From the IMG/VR virus record IMGVR_UViG_3300033273_000282, positions 1 to 64,000 of that record: a DNA stretch of 64,000 nucleotides. One strand, given 5' to 3'. Below, piece by piece: positions 5,831-18,500 of this stretch. The notes beneath the pieces were generated by a model that did no database searches, was not told the origin of the DNA, and saw only the letters and a program-made list of their open reading frames with translations. The translations under genes were made by a program, and so were the position numbers. Each line of letters begins with the position of its first letter. The first letter of the stretch is position 1. Source of the DNA: a virus. Its lineage: Duplodnaviria > Caudoviricetes.

Positions 5831-6070
5831 ATGAAACACAAAGTAACTTACAGGACGCCTAACGGCGTATTGCAGGAAACCATGTTTGATCAATTTGATG
5901 AATTTTGTGACAGCATGGAGGACGTGGCACAACAATATTACCAGGGACTGAAAGAACCTGGAGATGTCAACATTGAATCGGTATTAGACGATGGAACAAC
6001 CAGAGGAGAGAAAGTTTCCTTCGATGGAAGAACTGAATTCCTATCTGAGCAACATGAAGCTGATGTATAG
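5831..6070 (+). CDS. hypothetical protein
   Basis: 79-aa acidic ORF after the late promoter. Confidence 0.55.
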   Translation: MKHKVTYRTPNGVLQETMFDQFDEFCDSMEDVAQQYYQGLKEPGDVNIESVLDDGTTRGEKVSFDGRTEFLSEQHEADV

Positions 6071-6176
6071 ACCTCCTGGTGGGGACTATATGTTACTTAC
6101 AGATTATCTGGACACCATAGAAGAGCGTTTAAGGAGATTAGAGGATGGCACAACTGGTAATACCGACAACGGTTGA
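5991..6176 (+). CDS. hypothetical protein (start uncertain)
   Basis: ...MKLMYRPPGGDYMLLTDYLDTIEERLRRLE; overlaps neighbouring genes. Confidence 0.45.
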   Translation: MEQPEERKFPSMEELNSYLSNMKLMYRPPGGDYMLLTDYLDTIEERLRRLEDGTTGNTDNG

Positions 6177-6510
6177 TACACAGTCAACAGACGGCAATTG
6201 TCTATATCCTGCTGCTGCTCTAGGAGGACAACCGATTGTCTCACCGAACATTAAGATCGATGGGCAACAGGTGGAATTCTATACTGCTTCGACAGTTCCT
6301 GCTACGGTAGAGGGTCAGAAGGTTAACCCACTCATTCCCGCACCCTGCCAACCAGGGGTGAGAGTTATTCAAGCAACAGTAAACACTACTGTATTTTTTA
6401 ACAATCAGTTGCCAGCGGTAGCAGGGGACCAAGCAGCAATGGCGGGTACTGCTAGACCACTAGTTGGTCCATACGGTCCAGCGACAGTATTAATTGGCAG
6501 TTCTGGGTGA
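6145..6510 (+). CDS. PAAR-like spike tip protein (gp5.4-like)
   Basis: Size, Cys residues, TVFFNNQLPAVAGD...TVLIGS ending, and position upstream of gp25. Confidence 0.7.
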   Translation: MAQLVIPTTVDTQSTDGNCLYPAAALGGQPIVSPNIKIDGQQVEFYTASTVPATVEGQKVNPLIPAPCQPGVRVIQATVNTTVFFNNQLPAVAGDQAAMAGTARPLVGPYGPATVLIGSSG

Positions 6511-6522
6511 TTATGGTATAAT
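6494..6522 (+). promoter_or_regulatory. sigma70-type promoter
   Basis: TTGGCA-N17-TATAAT with TG extension. Confidence 0.65.
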
Positions 6523-6545
6523 ATGGGAGTCGTTCTAAGATAATC

Positions 6546-6692
6546 ATGGCAAAAGCAAAGATTGGACTGAGTGGTCAGAAGGTAATCGAAGCTACTCCAA
6601 AGTGTACCCGTCAGGGTAACAGTAAGAATACGAAGTATTCTGCTACTAGCAGAAACAAAGCAAAGAAGAAGTATCGTGGACAAGGTAAGTGA
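6546..6692 (+). CDS. small very basic protein (48 aa)
   Basis: MAKAKIGLSGQKVIEATPKCTRQGNSKNTKYSATSRNKAKKKYRGQGK; translated by hand. Confidence 0.75.
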   Translation: MAKAKIGLSGQKVIEATPKCTRQGNSKNTKYSATSRNKAKKKYRGQGK

Positions 6693-7116
6693 AGTAAGAG
6701 AATGGATTAAGCATGTTTCTGTGAAGCGTAGGGAATTGGGTGGTCATGCCATCTGTCCCTACGCTTTTTCTGCGTCTATACATATAGAGGAACGCGCTCT
6801 GAAGGATGTGACTCTGATAGAAGCGGGCGCGGATGTGGTCGTTTTTATTGTTGGAGACTGTAGCGTTGCTGCTATGATGGCAACCGTTGATCATCTTAAT
6901 ATGACCCATAGGGATTATATTTGGTTAGATGACCATAAAGACGAACCAACGTTTATAAATGGCGTTCAAAGTAATTTTGGTAAAGATAATCTGATTTTAT
7001 GCCAGAGGCGTGATAAATTACTACAGGCGAGAGAGAATTTATCAAAAACTGATTATTATAAGTATTGGTCCGAAGAATTATACAATCGAATTGTTAAAGG
7101 GATAGGAACCCCTTAA
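6676..7116 (+). CDS. DUF1415-like protein
   Basis: WI...LGGHAICPYA motif typical of DUF1415-like proteins. Confidence 0.55.
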   Translation: MDKVSEVREWIKHVSVKRRELGGHAICPYAFSASIHIEERALKDVTLIEAGADVVVFIVGDCSVAAMMATVDHLNMTHRDYIWLDDHKDEPTFINGVQSNFGKDNLILCQRRDKLLQARENLSKTDYYKYWSEELYNRIVKGIGTP

Positions 7117-7150
7117 AAAGTTCTGTTCAACCCCATAAAGGAGAAAACAG

Positions 7151-7333
7151 ATGGCAAATTCACCCGTAGATAAGGGCGAGGACTTTATAAAGTCTGGGAT
7201 GACCCTAATAACCGATAGAGCAAGCGATAAGTACCTTAAGAGTACAAAATACCATATTCCAGAAGATCGTCTCTCAAGACCTTGTGGAGGTGCTGGTGGG
7301 TTTGATGATTACGTGGAGAGGTGGCACGAATAG
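7151..7333 (+). CDS. small hypothetical protein
   Basis: GGAG ribosome-binding site; MANSPVDKGEDFIKSGMTLITD. Confidence 0.7.
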   Translation: MANSPVDKGEDFIKSGMTLITDRASDKYLKSTKYHIPEDRLSRPCGGAGGFDDYVERWHE

Positions 7334-7338
7334 GGCAT

Positions 7339-7344
7339 AAATAA
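7339..7344 (+). promoter_or_regulatory. late promoter
   Basis: ATAAATA 18 nt before the gp25 start. Confidence 0.7.
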
Positions 7345-7361
7345 TCAATAAAACTACCTTC

Positions 7362-7754
7362 ATGCCTGAATTCCAAACATTTAAGGATTTCAACATCAAC
7401 TTTAAGTCTCATCCCGTAACGGAAGACTTACAAGTTGTAAAAGATAGTGCAGACATCAAACAGTCTATTAAGAGTCTCTTATTGACCCGAAAGGGCGAAA
7501 GACTCTTTAATTCTGATTTGGGAACTGCTCTAGCAGATCTATTGTTTGAACCTTTGGATTTTGGTACAGCAGCGATCATACGAGATGAGATTAATGAGGT
7601 CATCACCACGTATGAACGAAGAATTGAAATCCGTGAATTGAATGTCGATACTAACTTTGATGATAATGGTTATGACATTAATTTAGAATACTCGATTCGT
7701 GGTAGAGCGGATCTACAAACAAACATCGAATTCTTCCTAGAGAGCACTAGATAA
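7362..7754 (+). CDS. g25: baseplate wedge subunit gp25
   Basis: IKQSIKSLLLTRKGERLFNSDLG...LLFEP...YERRI (GPW/gp25 family). Confidence 0.95.
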   Translation: MPEFQTFKDFNINFKSHPVTEDLQVVKDSADIKQSIKSLLLTRKGERLFNSDLGTALADLLFEPLDFGTAAIIRDEINEVITTYERRIEIRELNVDTNFDDNGYDINLEYSIRGRADLQTNIEFFLESTR

Positions 7755-7756
7755 CC

Positions 7757-9562
7757 ATGGCGTCATACGTACAAGTATCAAACTTAGACTTTCAAGACAT
7801 TAAAACTGCTCTCAAGGAATATTTGAGAGCACAGTCCGACTTTACATCGTATGACTTCGAAGGATCGTCGATGAGTGTCCTATTGGACATTCTTGCTTAT
7901 AATACGTATTATACAGCGTTCAATGCCAACATGGTGGTGAACGAACTGTTCCTGGACTCAGCAACCCTCAGGGACAACGTTATTGCCCTTGCCAAGCAGT
8001 TAGGATACAGACCCAAGTCAAAGGTCGCTCCAGAGGCACGTGTGACCTTCTCGGTGGACTATCCTAGTGCTGCTCCAAAAGTATCTGTACTACAGAAAGG
8101 AACAGGATTCACAACAGTATTCAATGATACTCTATATTCTTACGTAACGATTGATGACCAGTCGGTGCCTGTGGAAAACGGCGTTGCTTACTTCGATAAT
8201 ATCCCTGTCTATGAAGGAACCCTGATTACTAGCACCTACATCGTCAACACTTCTCTACCCTCCCAGAGGTTTATTATTCAGAACCCAGGCATCGATACTA
8301 GTTCTGTGAGAGTAAAGGTATATGAGAGCGCACAATCGACCTCTTACGCCATTTACGACTATGCTGAGAACATTCTCAATGTAAACTCGGAGTCCAAAGC
8401 ATTCTTCCTTGATGAAGTAGAAGATGAGCGTTATGAGTTGTTCTTTGGCGATGGAGTTCTAGGTAGCAAACTCGATAATGGTAATAAGATTGAGATTACA
8501 TATCTAGTTACTAATGGTGATGTCACTAACGGAGCGAAGAGCTTTACCTTTAATGGTGTCATTACTGATAAGTTTAGCAACACTGGATTCGTTTATAACG
8601 TTTCTGTCAACTCTTCAGCAACCGTAGCAGCAAATGGCGGTGCTGGTATTGAGTCGATTTCTAAGATCAAGTACAATGCTCCAAAGTATTTCAGCACTCA
8701 AGACCGTGCTGTTACTGCTAATGACTATGGTAGCATTGTAAGAAACATCTATCCTGCTATCTCAGACATCATTACATTTGGTGGTGAAGAGGATGATCCA
8801 CCAGAGTATGGCAAAGTAAAGATTGTCATCAAACCAGAAAACGCTAGTTTCTTGTCTTCTACTACAAAGAAGAGCATTGTAGACAAGATGAGAGACTACA
8901 TGGTTGCTTCTATCATTCCAGAGATCATTGACCCATCTATTCTCTATATTGAGGCAACTAGTGCCATCTACTACAACACCTCAGTAACTACAGAGAAACC
9001 TGAAGAGATTAGAAACAAAGTTATCTCTGGTATCAATTCTTACCTAGCACAATCTACCGTAGAGAAGTTTAACGGTAAGTTTCGTTTTAGTAAGTTTGTA
9101 TCAACTATTGACAATAGTGATCGCTCTATCTCCTCTAATGCCACGACGATTATGATGAGGAAGGATTTCTATCCTCAGATCAATTCTACGTCATTCTATG
9201 AGGTTTGTTATCAGAATGAATTCGATGAACCTTGTGATGGTCCAACCCTGATGTCCACAGGGTTTAAAGTCACTGAGTTCCCTTCATACACAGTGTATTT
9301 TGAAGATAGGGATGGCATAATCGTCCTATATAGATTAGACAGTTTGACTGGTGAAAAAATCACATTGAACGATTCTATTGGAACCGTTGATTATGTGAAA
9401 GGTGAGATCAAATTGTATGATGTAACTATCATCCAAGGTAGTTTCAGTGATAACAGAATCGAGATTCGTGTCAAACCCAAGTCGAATGACATCAATGCTT
9501 CTAGAGAACTCTATCTAGACGTTGATGTAACTAAGAGTAAATTCACGGTATACCCAGAGTAA
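7757..9562 (+). CDS. g6: baseplate wedge subunit gp6
   Basis: LDFQDIKTALKEYL...FTSYDFEGS...LAYNTYY; QDRAVTANDY. Confidence 0.95.
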   Translation: MASYVQVSNLDFQDIKTALKEYLRAQSDFTSYDFEGSSMSVLLDILAYNTYYTAFNANMVVNELFLDSATLRDNVIALAKQLGYRPKSKVAPEARVTFSVDYPSAAPKVSVLQKGTGFTTVFNDTLYSYVTIDDQSVPVENGVAYFDNIPVYEGTLITSTYIVNTSLPSQRFIIQNPGIDTSSVRVKVYESAQSTSYAIYDYAENILNVNSESKAFFLDEVEDERYELFFGDGVLGSKLDNGNKIEITYLVTNGDVTNGAKSFTFNGVITDKFSNTGFVYNVSVNSSATVAANGGAGIESISKIKYNAPKYFSTQDRAVTANDYGSIVRNIYPAISDIITFGGEEDDPPEYGKVKIVIKPENASFLSSTTKKSIVDKMRDYMVASIIPEIIDPSILYIEATSAIYYNTSVTTEKPEEIRNKVISGINSYLAQSTVEKFNGKFRFSKFVSTIDNSDRSISSNATTIMMRKDFYPQINSTSFYEVCYQNEFDEPCDGPTLMSTGFKVTEFPSYTVYFEDRDGIIVLYRLDSLTGEKITLNDSIGTVDYVKGEIKLYDVTIIQGSFSDNRIEIRVKPKSNDINASRELYLDVDVTKSKFTVYPE

Positions 9563-9568
9563 GATTAG

Positions 9569-12500
9569 ATGGCAGCCAAGAAGAGAAGGTTATCGTCCCT
9601 GATCGAGTCCCAACTCCCAGGGTTTATCCAGTATGAGTACGAAAATTTCTCGAAGTTCGTAGAAAAGTATTACGAACAGCAGGAGTCTGCTGGTCAACCG
9701 TTGGATATTGTCTCTAATCTTAGTCAGTATAGAGATATCAATTTTTATGAGAAGAACCTACTAAGTCAGCAATCTACACTGGTTAGTTCTATTCTTGCTG
9801 ATGGTACTTCTTTTGAGGTAGAAAATGGCGATTCCTTCCCTGAAGAGAATGGTTATGTTCAGATTGGTGATGAGATTCTATTCTACCAGACTAGAAGTGG
9901 TAATGTTTTTAGTGAAGTTTCTAGAGGTGTAAGTGGTAATACTACTCTAGGGGATTTATATACCAAGTCAGCATTCGTTACAACTGCTGCTGCCCCACAT
10001 TATCAGGGTGATGTTGTAAGGAATATTAGTAATCTATTTCTATATGCTCTAGTCAAGGAATTTGAGAAAACATATCTGTCTGAATTCCCAGAGGCATATC
10101 TTAAAGAGGGGGTTGACAAAAGATCCCTAATTAAAAATATTTCTTCGTTCTACAAGGCAAAAGGCACTGATAAGTCGATCAGATTCTTGTTTAACGCTAT
10201 CGTTACTGACGATCCTCTAAATGTGCCTGAGGTTATCAAACCAAAGGACTTTACACTCAAGGCATCGGTATCGGATTGGACTAAAAACTATTCACTAAAA
10301 GCAAAAGTGAACAGTGGTGATGTATTCAGTTTAATTGGTGAGCGTATCACCCAAGAGATTGATGGTTACGATAAAGGCATCGAGTTTGCTCAGGCAATTG
10401 TTGATAATGTTATCTCTATTGGTAATGACGGTCAAGAAGACCTGTATGAAGTAATCCTAGAACCATCAACAGTCAATGGTCAGTTCCAAGTTTCTGGTAG
10501 AACTGAAACTACTGTCTTATTGTCTGCTACTGCTAGTGCTAATGATACGATTACTGTCAAGTCTACAATGGGATTCCCCAAGACGGGTAAGATCCTAGTT
10601 GGCGACGAAGTTATTACATATAAGGACAAAACTGTTAATCAGTTTATTATTGATCAACGTCTTGGTCCTATCAGAAACCATAACATTGGTAAGAGCGTAT
10701 TTCGTTATTCTACCATCACTAGTGGCGATGTAAAAATCACTACTCTAGGTTTGCTGTATAACATATTGCCATCTCAACAGGCACCTTATTCTGTTAGTGG
10801 TGATATTGTACAAGTAGGTGACTCTGGATTTCAAACAAATGATCCTATTGTTTTCGATATTATCCTAAGAAGAAATAGGTGGAGAATCAATGAGTCTCCA
10901 TCTACTCAAACTGTTCAGATCAAAGGATCTGATACCCAGTTTGTTGGTGATGTGGGAGCAGTGTTTGAAGATGATCAATACTATTACATTACCTCTTCTT
11001 CATACCCCACTGGAAATATTCTTGTCGATACCCAGTACACAGAAAATCTACTAGATCAGAAACATCTAAAACTAATTCGTAAGCAACCTGTAACTACTAC
11101 AGAGGTGTATGAAACCTCTAATAGAGATGTTGGTATTTTTATTAATGGTGTTCCCGCTCTGGGATACAAATCTACGGAATTTGTCAAGCAAGGTGCTATT
11201 GAGTCAGTAACGGTTGAAAATAGAGGATTCTCTTACGCTAACGCTCCATTTGTTCTTGTTAACGAACTACCTAATAAAGCAAGGTGTACACTCAATGGTA
11301 GTGTTCTAGATGAAGTTGAAATTCTAACTACAGAAAGCTTTGATGAAGATCCATCTATCAGAATTACTTCTGGTGAAGGAGCAGTTCTAGAACCAGTGAT
11401 TACTGCTGGTGCCATCACCAGTATGAACATTGTTAATGCGGGTAAGTATTACTCTTCTCCGCCAGTCATTCGTATTGTAGATCAACTGGGCAAAGGAAAC
11501 TTTGCTGAATTTGAGGCAATCTTGGATTCTGATGGTAGTATTACCGAAGTAAAGAAAATTTCTAAAGGTAGATTCTACACCAGAGGATATACTAATGTTT
11601 TTGTCGAAGCAGTTGGTAAAGGTGCTGTTGCCTCGGCAAAAATCAAACGTTGGGTATATAATCGCTACGAGCAAATCAAAAATAATCTAGATAGCAGCAA
11701 TGGTACAGTATTTGCTAACTACAACCCATTGAGAGATTATGGTTATGCTTATGTTGCTAATCCAGTCGATGCTAGAAAGAAAGCATATTCTAGTGAGGGT
11801 AGTTATAACACTAACTTGATCAACGAGAACATCCACTCTCCTATTATTGGTTATGCCTATGATGGCAACCCAATCTATGGACCAATTGGATATAGCGATC
11901 CTGTAGATCCTGGTTCTTCGCTAACAAAACTTGCTAGTGGTTATGATCTTAAAGGTTCTAGACCAAATGGTCCTGATACTGGTAAGTATCCACTTGGTAC
12001 ATTTATTGATGACTATGAATGGGTTCCCAGTGTAAACTCTGGTAAAACCGAACTAGATCAAAACAATGGTAGATTCTGTGTAACTCCAGAGTATCCAAAT
12101 GGAACATATGCTTACTTTATTACTGTAGATGCTAATGAAGTTCCTCAGTTCCCATATATTCTCGGAAATAATTTCTATTCACTACCAGTAGACTCTAACT
12201 ACAATTCTAATATTTCTCAAGATGATATTCCTGTAGGGTTGAAAGCACTTAGATCTAGTCTATCGGAAAGGAACGGTAGTGGGTTTAGTGCTTTGATTCA
12301 AGATGTCAAGAAAGGTAATGTCTCATCTGGTTACGTAGAATCTTCTACCGATAACTTCTCTCCTGGTAACACCGTATATGTAAATAATACCAGAACTGAT
12401 GGTAGCGGTGCCGTTGTTACTGTAGATCATGTTACAGGTGTTGATGTTTCGTCGATTGAATGTACTCAGACAAAAGCGACACAAATTAAAATTCAAGAAA

Positions 12501-15500
12501 GTGGATATTTGTTTGCTGGAGATGAAATTACTCAAACAGGAGAAGATGGCACTGTTATTGCTTCTGGAGAACTCATTGGCGATGTAATTAATGCTAGTGA
12601 ACTAGTCCTTAGGAATGTTACTGGAACATTCAATACAACCAGACCTATTAATTCTGAAACTATTGTTGTAACTCTAGTCTTAGATTCTGATGCCAACTTT
12701 ACTGCTGGCGCTACGATGAGATTGACTAATGATGACAATGAAGATCAAGCGACTGGCGAAATCCTAGAAAGTACAACCAGACAGAACTCCGTCAAGGTAA
12801 AGGTAACTAGTAATGATAATTTTGTTGTTACATCTGATTATTATCTAAGAAGTTCTAACCTCAGTGATAGCAACCGTGTAGAGATTATTTCTATTAACTC
12901 ATTGAGCACAGGTCTAAATCCATTCTCTGTGAATGAAAACATTGCTATCGCCACAACTACCGAAAACCACAACCTAGGAGCAGGTGATCAAGTAGTTGTG
13001 GATATTCTACCAAATGATGCTACCACTGAAACCGAATATTATGTAAGGAAGCGTTTGTATCAAACTGCTACTGCTCTACAACCACAACACAATTCTACTA
13101 TTACTGACCCTGGTATTGGTAGTGCTGATGTTCTGAATAGTGGTCTTGGATATACCACTGACACTTATTATGAAGTTGAACTAATTTTTGTCGATGCTAC
13201 CCAAGCAAGAAATGGCGTAGGTCTACCTGGAGACGCTGGCAATGCTTTGGCAACTATTGATGTATCTAATCCACAAGGTTTAGGATCTGGTGGTGTTGGA
13301 TCTATTTTGATTACTACCAAGGGTAAAGGATATAAGAAAGGTGATCGTCTGACAGTTGCTGATGCCGACCTACAGAGGTCTGTTAACGAACCTAGACCAG
13401 ATAGATTGATTCTAGAAGTAGATCATGTTGGATTTGCTTACAATAACACGGTTCTTAAACTAACTAACGTAAATAACCTATCTCAGGACGATTTTATCCA
13501 GATTGGGCCAGAAGTTCTCAAGATTACTGGTGTTGACACCACTACTGACGAAGTAACAGTTGAAAGAGGGCAGCAAAACACAACACCAACAAACCATTAT
13601 GATGGTGCTGCTGTAACACTGAAAGATGGATTCTATAGATTTAGTGATAACTTCAGACCATTTGGTGATGATATCACTAAACCATATCTCAATCAATATA
13701 ATACTGAGACACATGTGATTGATGTTTCATATGATTACAACGCTAACCAACCACAGGTATTGTCTAATAGTTCATCGTTCTTCGATAGTTCTATCCCACA
13801 GAAACTAGTTCAGTTCCAAACTGTAGAGGAAGAAGCATTCAAACTTGAGTTTTCCACAGATAACACAAATTTCCAGGTTAATCCTGTTCTTGATGTTCAA
13901 AAGTATTACAAGTATACTTTTGATGTCAGTCACTTCTCGATGCTTGACACATATCTAGATTTCTCATCTAGTGCTAACTATAATATCTTTACAGAAGAAA
14001 AAGAGACTAGTGGCATTGCTCCTGGTAATGCTGGATCTTTTGTGTCTATTAAATTGGGATTTGGACCTGCTATTTCTACGAATACGTATCAAGAAAGAAG
14101 AGCAATCAATTTCCAGAACTACTTCTACTTTATTAAGGTATCCCCTAATGTAGACACTAGTGGTTCTTATCTAAGAATTATTGATGATCCATTGACAGGA
14201 ATCAAAAATGTCTTGTACAGCACAGACACTAAATTTGTTTATGATGTGAATGAAACCCCAGCATATGATGGTAGTGGTACAATGTCGTATATCACTAGTG
14301 CCAGACTTGCTGAAGGTAGCATCCATTCTGTTAAAGTAGTTAACACTGGTGAGGGATATGCTCAGATTCCTACTGTATATGGTGTCCAACCAACTGCTGT
14401 AAACGAAGCGTTTGTTGACCCTGTATGGGATCCTGTTCTACAGGTTGTCACTGGTTTTAATATTACAGATCAAGGTGGTGGTTATTCCAAACCTATTGTG
14501 TTGCTAACAGACACCGATGGCATCAAATATGAATATGAGTGTAGTCAACTGAACGGCAAACTTAGTCAAGTTGCTGTGTTGAAGCAAGGTAGTGGATTTA
14601 CATACAAACCAACAGCAAAAATTATCGAATCTGACGTAAAGATCTATCTAGAGTCTGATAACATTGGTTTGCCACAAAATGTCAGAATCAATAACCCTGG
14701 CCGTGGTTTCAATGCCGACAAATCTCAGTTGGGTTCTTATGAATCCCCAACAACATTTGTTCTAAGAAACATTAGTGATAGATTCTTCTCTGGCGAGAAA
14801 ATTAGACAGTTGACAACAAATGCTACTGCTGTTGTTGCTCAAGATGGTTTTAGAGAAGGAAGCAACTTGCTGAAAGTTGTTAGCATTAATGGAGTTTTCG
14901 ATAGTGGTAGTGAGATTACATCTGTTCTTGGTAGCAGAACTGCTACACTATATGCTCAGTTGTCTACAGAGTTCGAACCTGATGTAAGGTCTTATGTAGA
15001 CAATTTTGGATACTATACTTCTGATAGAGGAAAACTTAGCAATGCTAATCAACGTCTACAAGACTCTTACTTCTATCAAGACTATTCTTATGTAATTAAG
15101 TCGAAGACTTCTATTACTGAGTGGAGAGACCTAATTAAAAAGACTACTCACCCTGCTGGATTCCAGTTGTTTGGTGAGATGGTTGTCGAAAGTCAAGGTG
15201 AGGCACCGATGCCCACCGCTCAACCATCCCTTAACTATGTTAGCACAGTTGAACTACCACCTGTACAAATTACTTCTCTTTCTACCCAACAGTTAATTAC
15301 ACTTACTCAGTACAAACTAGAGCAACTTAAAGTAGAAGAAGGTCGTGGTTCTATTTCTATCGACACTTTCGATGCTACTGAGACGGTTGCTTATAATGTA
15401 AGTCTTTCTCCTGCTTTTGATGGTACATTCGATCCATCGACAGGTAACTTGATTGGTAACACCGAGTTTACTCTAATTGACGAGAAGAATGGATTAGCAC

Positions 15501-18500
15501 TACAACTTACTAAAGATGAGCAACTCATTTGTACTCTCGATGGTATTTTCCAAGAACCAGGCAAAGCATTTACTATTAGTGGTAACAAAGTTACTTTTGC
15601 TCAACCTCCTCTTGGTGCCCGTGTTGTAGAAGGTCAAGATGTTGACCCTGTTAAATTCTATGGTAGAGCAATCAAATTCAAGGAATCTACTTTCAACGAC
15701 AGATACTTCAGAAAGATTAAATCAATTGCTGATCAATTTGATGGTGTTAAGGTAGACTTCCCTCTATATTGGGAAGATGGTACTATCGTCAAGACAGATG
15801 ATACTGAGAATCTCATTGTTGGTTTGAATGGTGTCATTCAGAAAGCAAGAACTACTGAAACCGAACCATTCGGTAATTCTTACTCTATTATTAGAGATGA
15901 AGATGATACGGTAGCAGATATTATTCGTTTTACAAAACCACCTATTGATAATGAAGATCTTTATGGACCCCCCGAAGAACTTCCAGAAATTCTTAAGAAT
16001 TATGAACAATGCTTTATCTACAGCATTGGTAGTTATGAGCGTTTGAAGATTAATTCTGATTTGTATGAATATAGATTTGGTGGACCATACCTAATTCAGG
16101 ATGAAGTAACTAATTCAGTAAGAAAAATTGATGATCCGAAGTATGCTTTGGTCTTTATCGATGGTGTTCTACAGAGAGATACTGATTCTTATACTATCGT
16201 CGGTCCAAATATTACCTTCACCAAACCTCTTCAGTTCTCCAAGAACCCTGCTGGTAATAGAGCAGTACAGGATGTTAACATCATCTTGATGTATGGTAGA
16301 GATGTAGCAAAGACTCTTACTTTCTACGATTTTGAACCATTTGCTTATAGAAATACTATTACTGTAACACTACGTGGTACTGGTATTGGCGCTAGAATTA
16401 GACCTCAACTTGATCAATTCGCTGGTCAAAACTTCCACCTCAAGCAAGATAGAACTGTCATTGGTAAAGTAAAGAATGTATCTGTTAAGACTGATGACGA
16501 AGCTATTCTCACACTACAACATAATGTAAACGTTGATATTGATGAGAATACAGAGTTGGAAATTTGTCTAGCAAAAGACACATATACAACATATCCTATC
16601 ACTGGACCATATACTGTAGAGGCAACTTACAAGACAGATGACGAAGGAGAAAGAGTTCTAGAGAAGAACGTTCCTTCTTGGTTGTTTGGTGTTGAAGCTG
16701 GTCTCGAAGCATGGAATAACAAGAACTCCATGTTTGCTAATTTGCTACCTGGAGACAAGATTCTCATTGATGGTGAGAGCGAGTATCGTGAGATTATAAG
16801 AACTCCTGATCAAGTATACACCAAGTCATATGTTAATGACTACTATATTGAAAATGAGCACTATGCTAAGGTTCAGGCAACTAACTATGACGGTGACACC
16901 GAAGGCGAAGGTTTAAGTATTACTGCTAATGTAAACCAGTTTGGTGCTATCACTACCCTCAATGTTGCTGACGTTGAGTTTAACCAGAGAGACCTGTCAC
17001 TATTCTTCGACGAAGGTATTCTTCTACAACCAACTGCTTACGAATACTTTACTACCCCCGAAGTTCACTTCATTCCTGTTGACGGGAATGGTGGTGGAGC
17101 GAAAGCATCTGTCATCGCTTATGGTGGTCAGATTCTTGATGTTGTTCTAACTAATGGTGGTAGTGGATACACTCAACCACCAAGAGTTGTAGTAGCAAGA
17201 AGATATAAGAGAATCAAGGAACAGACTCGTAAGATTGATACTCTAATTGAAATTAAAATTCAAACCGAAATTGATTCTGTCTTCTCTATGATCGGTCAAA
17301 CCGAGATTAGAATCGAGGGTGGTCCATTCAGTCCTCAAGCAATTTCTTCTATTATTACTTTCGGTGGATTTGATCCAGAACTGAATACTAATAGACAGAT
17401 TACTGCTCAGATCAATACTCTTGCTGGTGAAGAGCGTCAAGTCAGAATGACTGACCAGAAGTTCCCAACTGTTATTGATATCAAGAGCCCAGTATTAATT
17501 ACCCCAGCAGTTCTTGATCTCAACACTGATAGAATTCTTACTCAGGTTATTGGCGGTGTTGTTGGATTTGAAGCAGTTGCTACTCTGGAGAATATTACTA
17601 CTGAGGAAGTCAATAAGATCATTCAGATCCAGGCAAACAAAGCATTCCAACCAAAAGGAATTCCAACATCTGGTGGTCTTGGAACATTCGTCGATGCTCC
17701 TGTTTCTGATACTTCTACTATCATCTATGCTGCTAACACCCAAGGATTCCCAGATACTCCTGCTAGAATTCTTGTTGGTGGTGAATACATTTACTATAGA
17801 AGAAAAGAAGACGACAGATTCCTCGATGTTGTTAGAGGATATCAGGGAACTACCCCTGGTACTCATGCCCCTGGAACTCTAATTCTATCTCAACCTGAAT
17901 TCACTGTTCTTCTCTCTGGTGGTGTCAACACCATCATCAGTGAAGTCAGTGCTGCTCAATCTTCCATCACAAAGATTGAGAAGAAAGCAGAAATTCAATC
18001 TGTTGCTGAAGAGATTAATGTCTTCACAAACACTAATGAGTACAAACAGGTTCATCAATTAGATGATACTGAAGTTACTTTGGAATCTGTTGAGAAGCAG
18101 ATTACTATCATCCCACCAACTTCATATAATGTTGTTACTGAGACTCACTCTACTTCTTCTAGAGTTTCTAAAGCAACTGCTGGTCTTTCTGATGTCTTTG
18201 GTTTTATTGGCGAAGTCTTAACTGCTGGTCCAGAAGTAACTGAAATTCAACTGACTCAAGAACAACAGATTGAAGCTGATAATACATCGACAGTTTCTTC
18301 TGTTTCTATTGGTAGTGTTGCTGCTACAGCAACTTCTACTTCTAAGGTAGTTACTACATCATATGAGTCTACAGTTGTTACTAACACAGTTGCATTTGAT
18401 GTTCTATCTACTCTAACTAATGTATCCACACAGGTTGTGGAGAATCCACAAACTCGTATTGATTCACTAACATCCAATATTGTAACATTTACTAACCTCA

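Noticed and set aside
13850-13858. Isolated TTTTCCACA (another at 2126-2134)
   Set aside because: Single copies within coding sequence are at chance level; 2126 could be related to the cluster but cannot be supported
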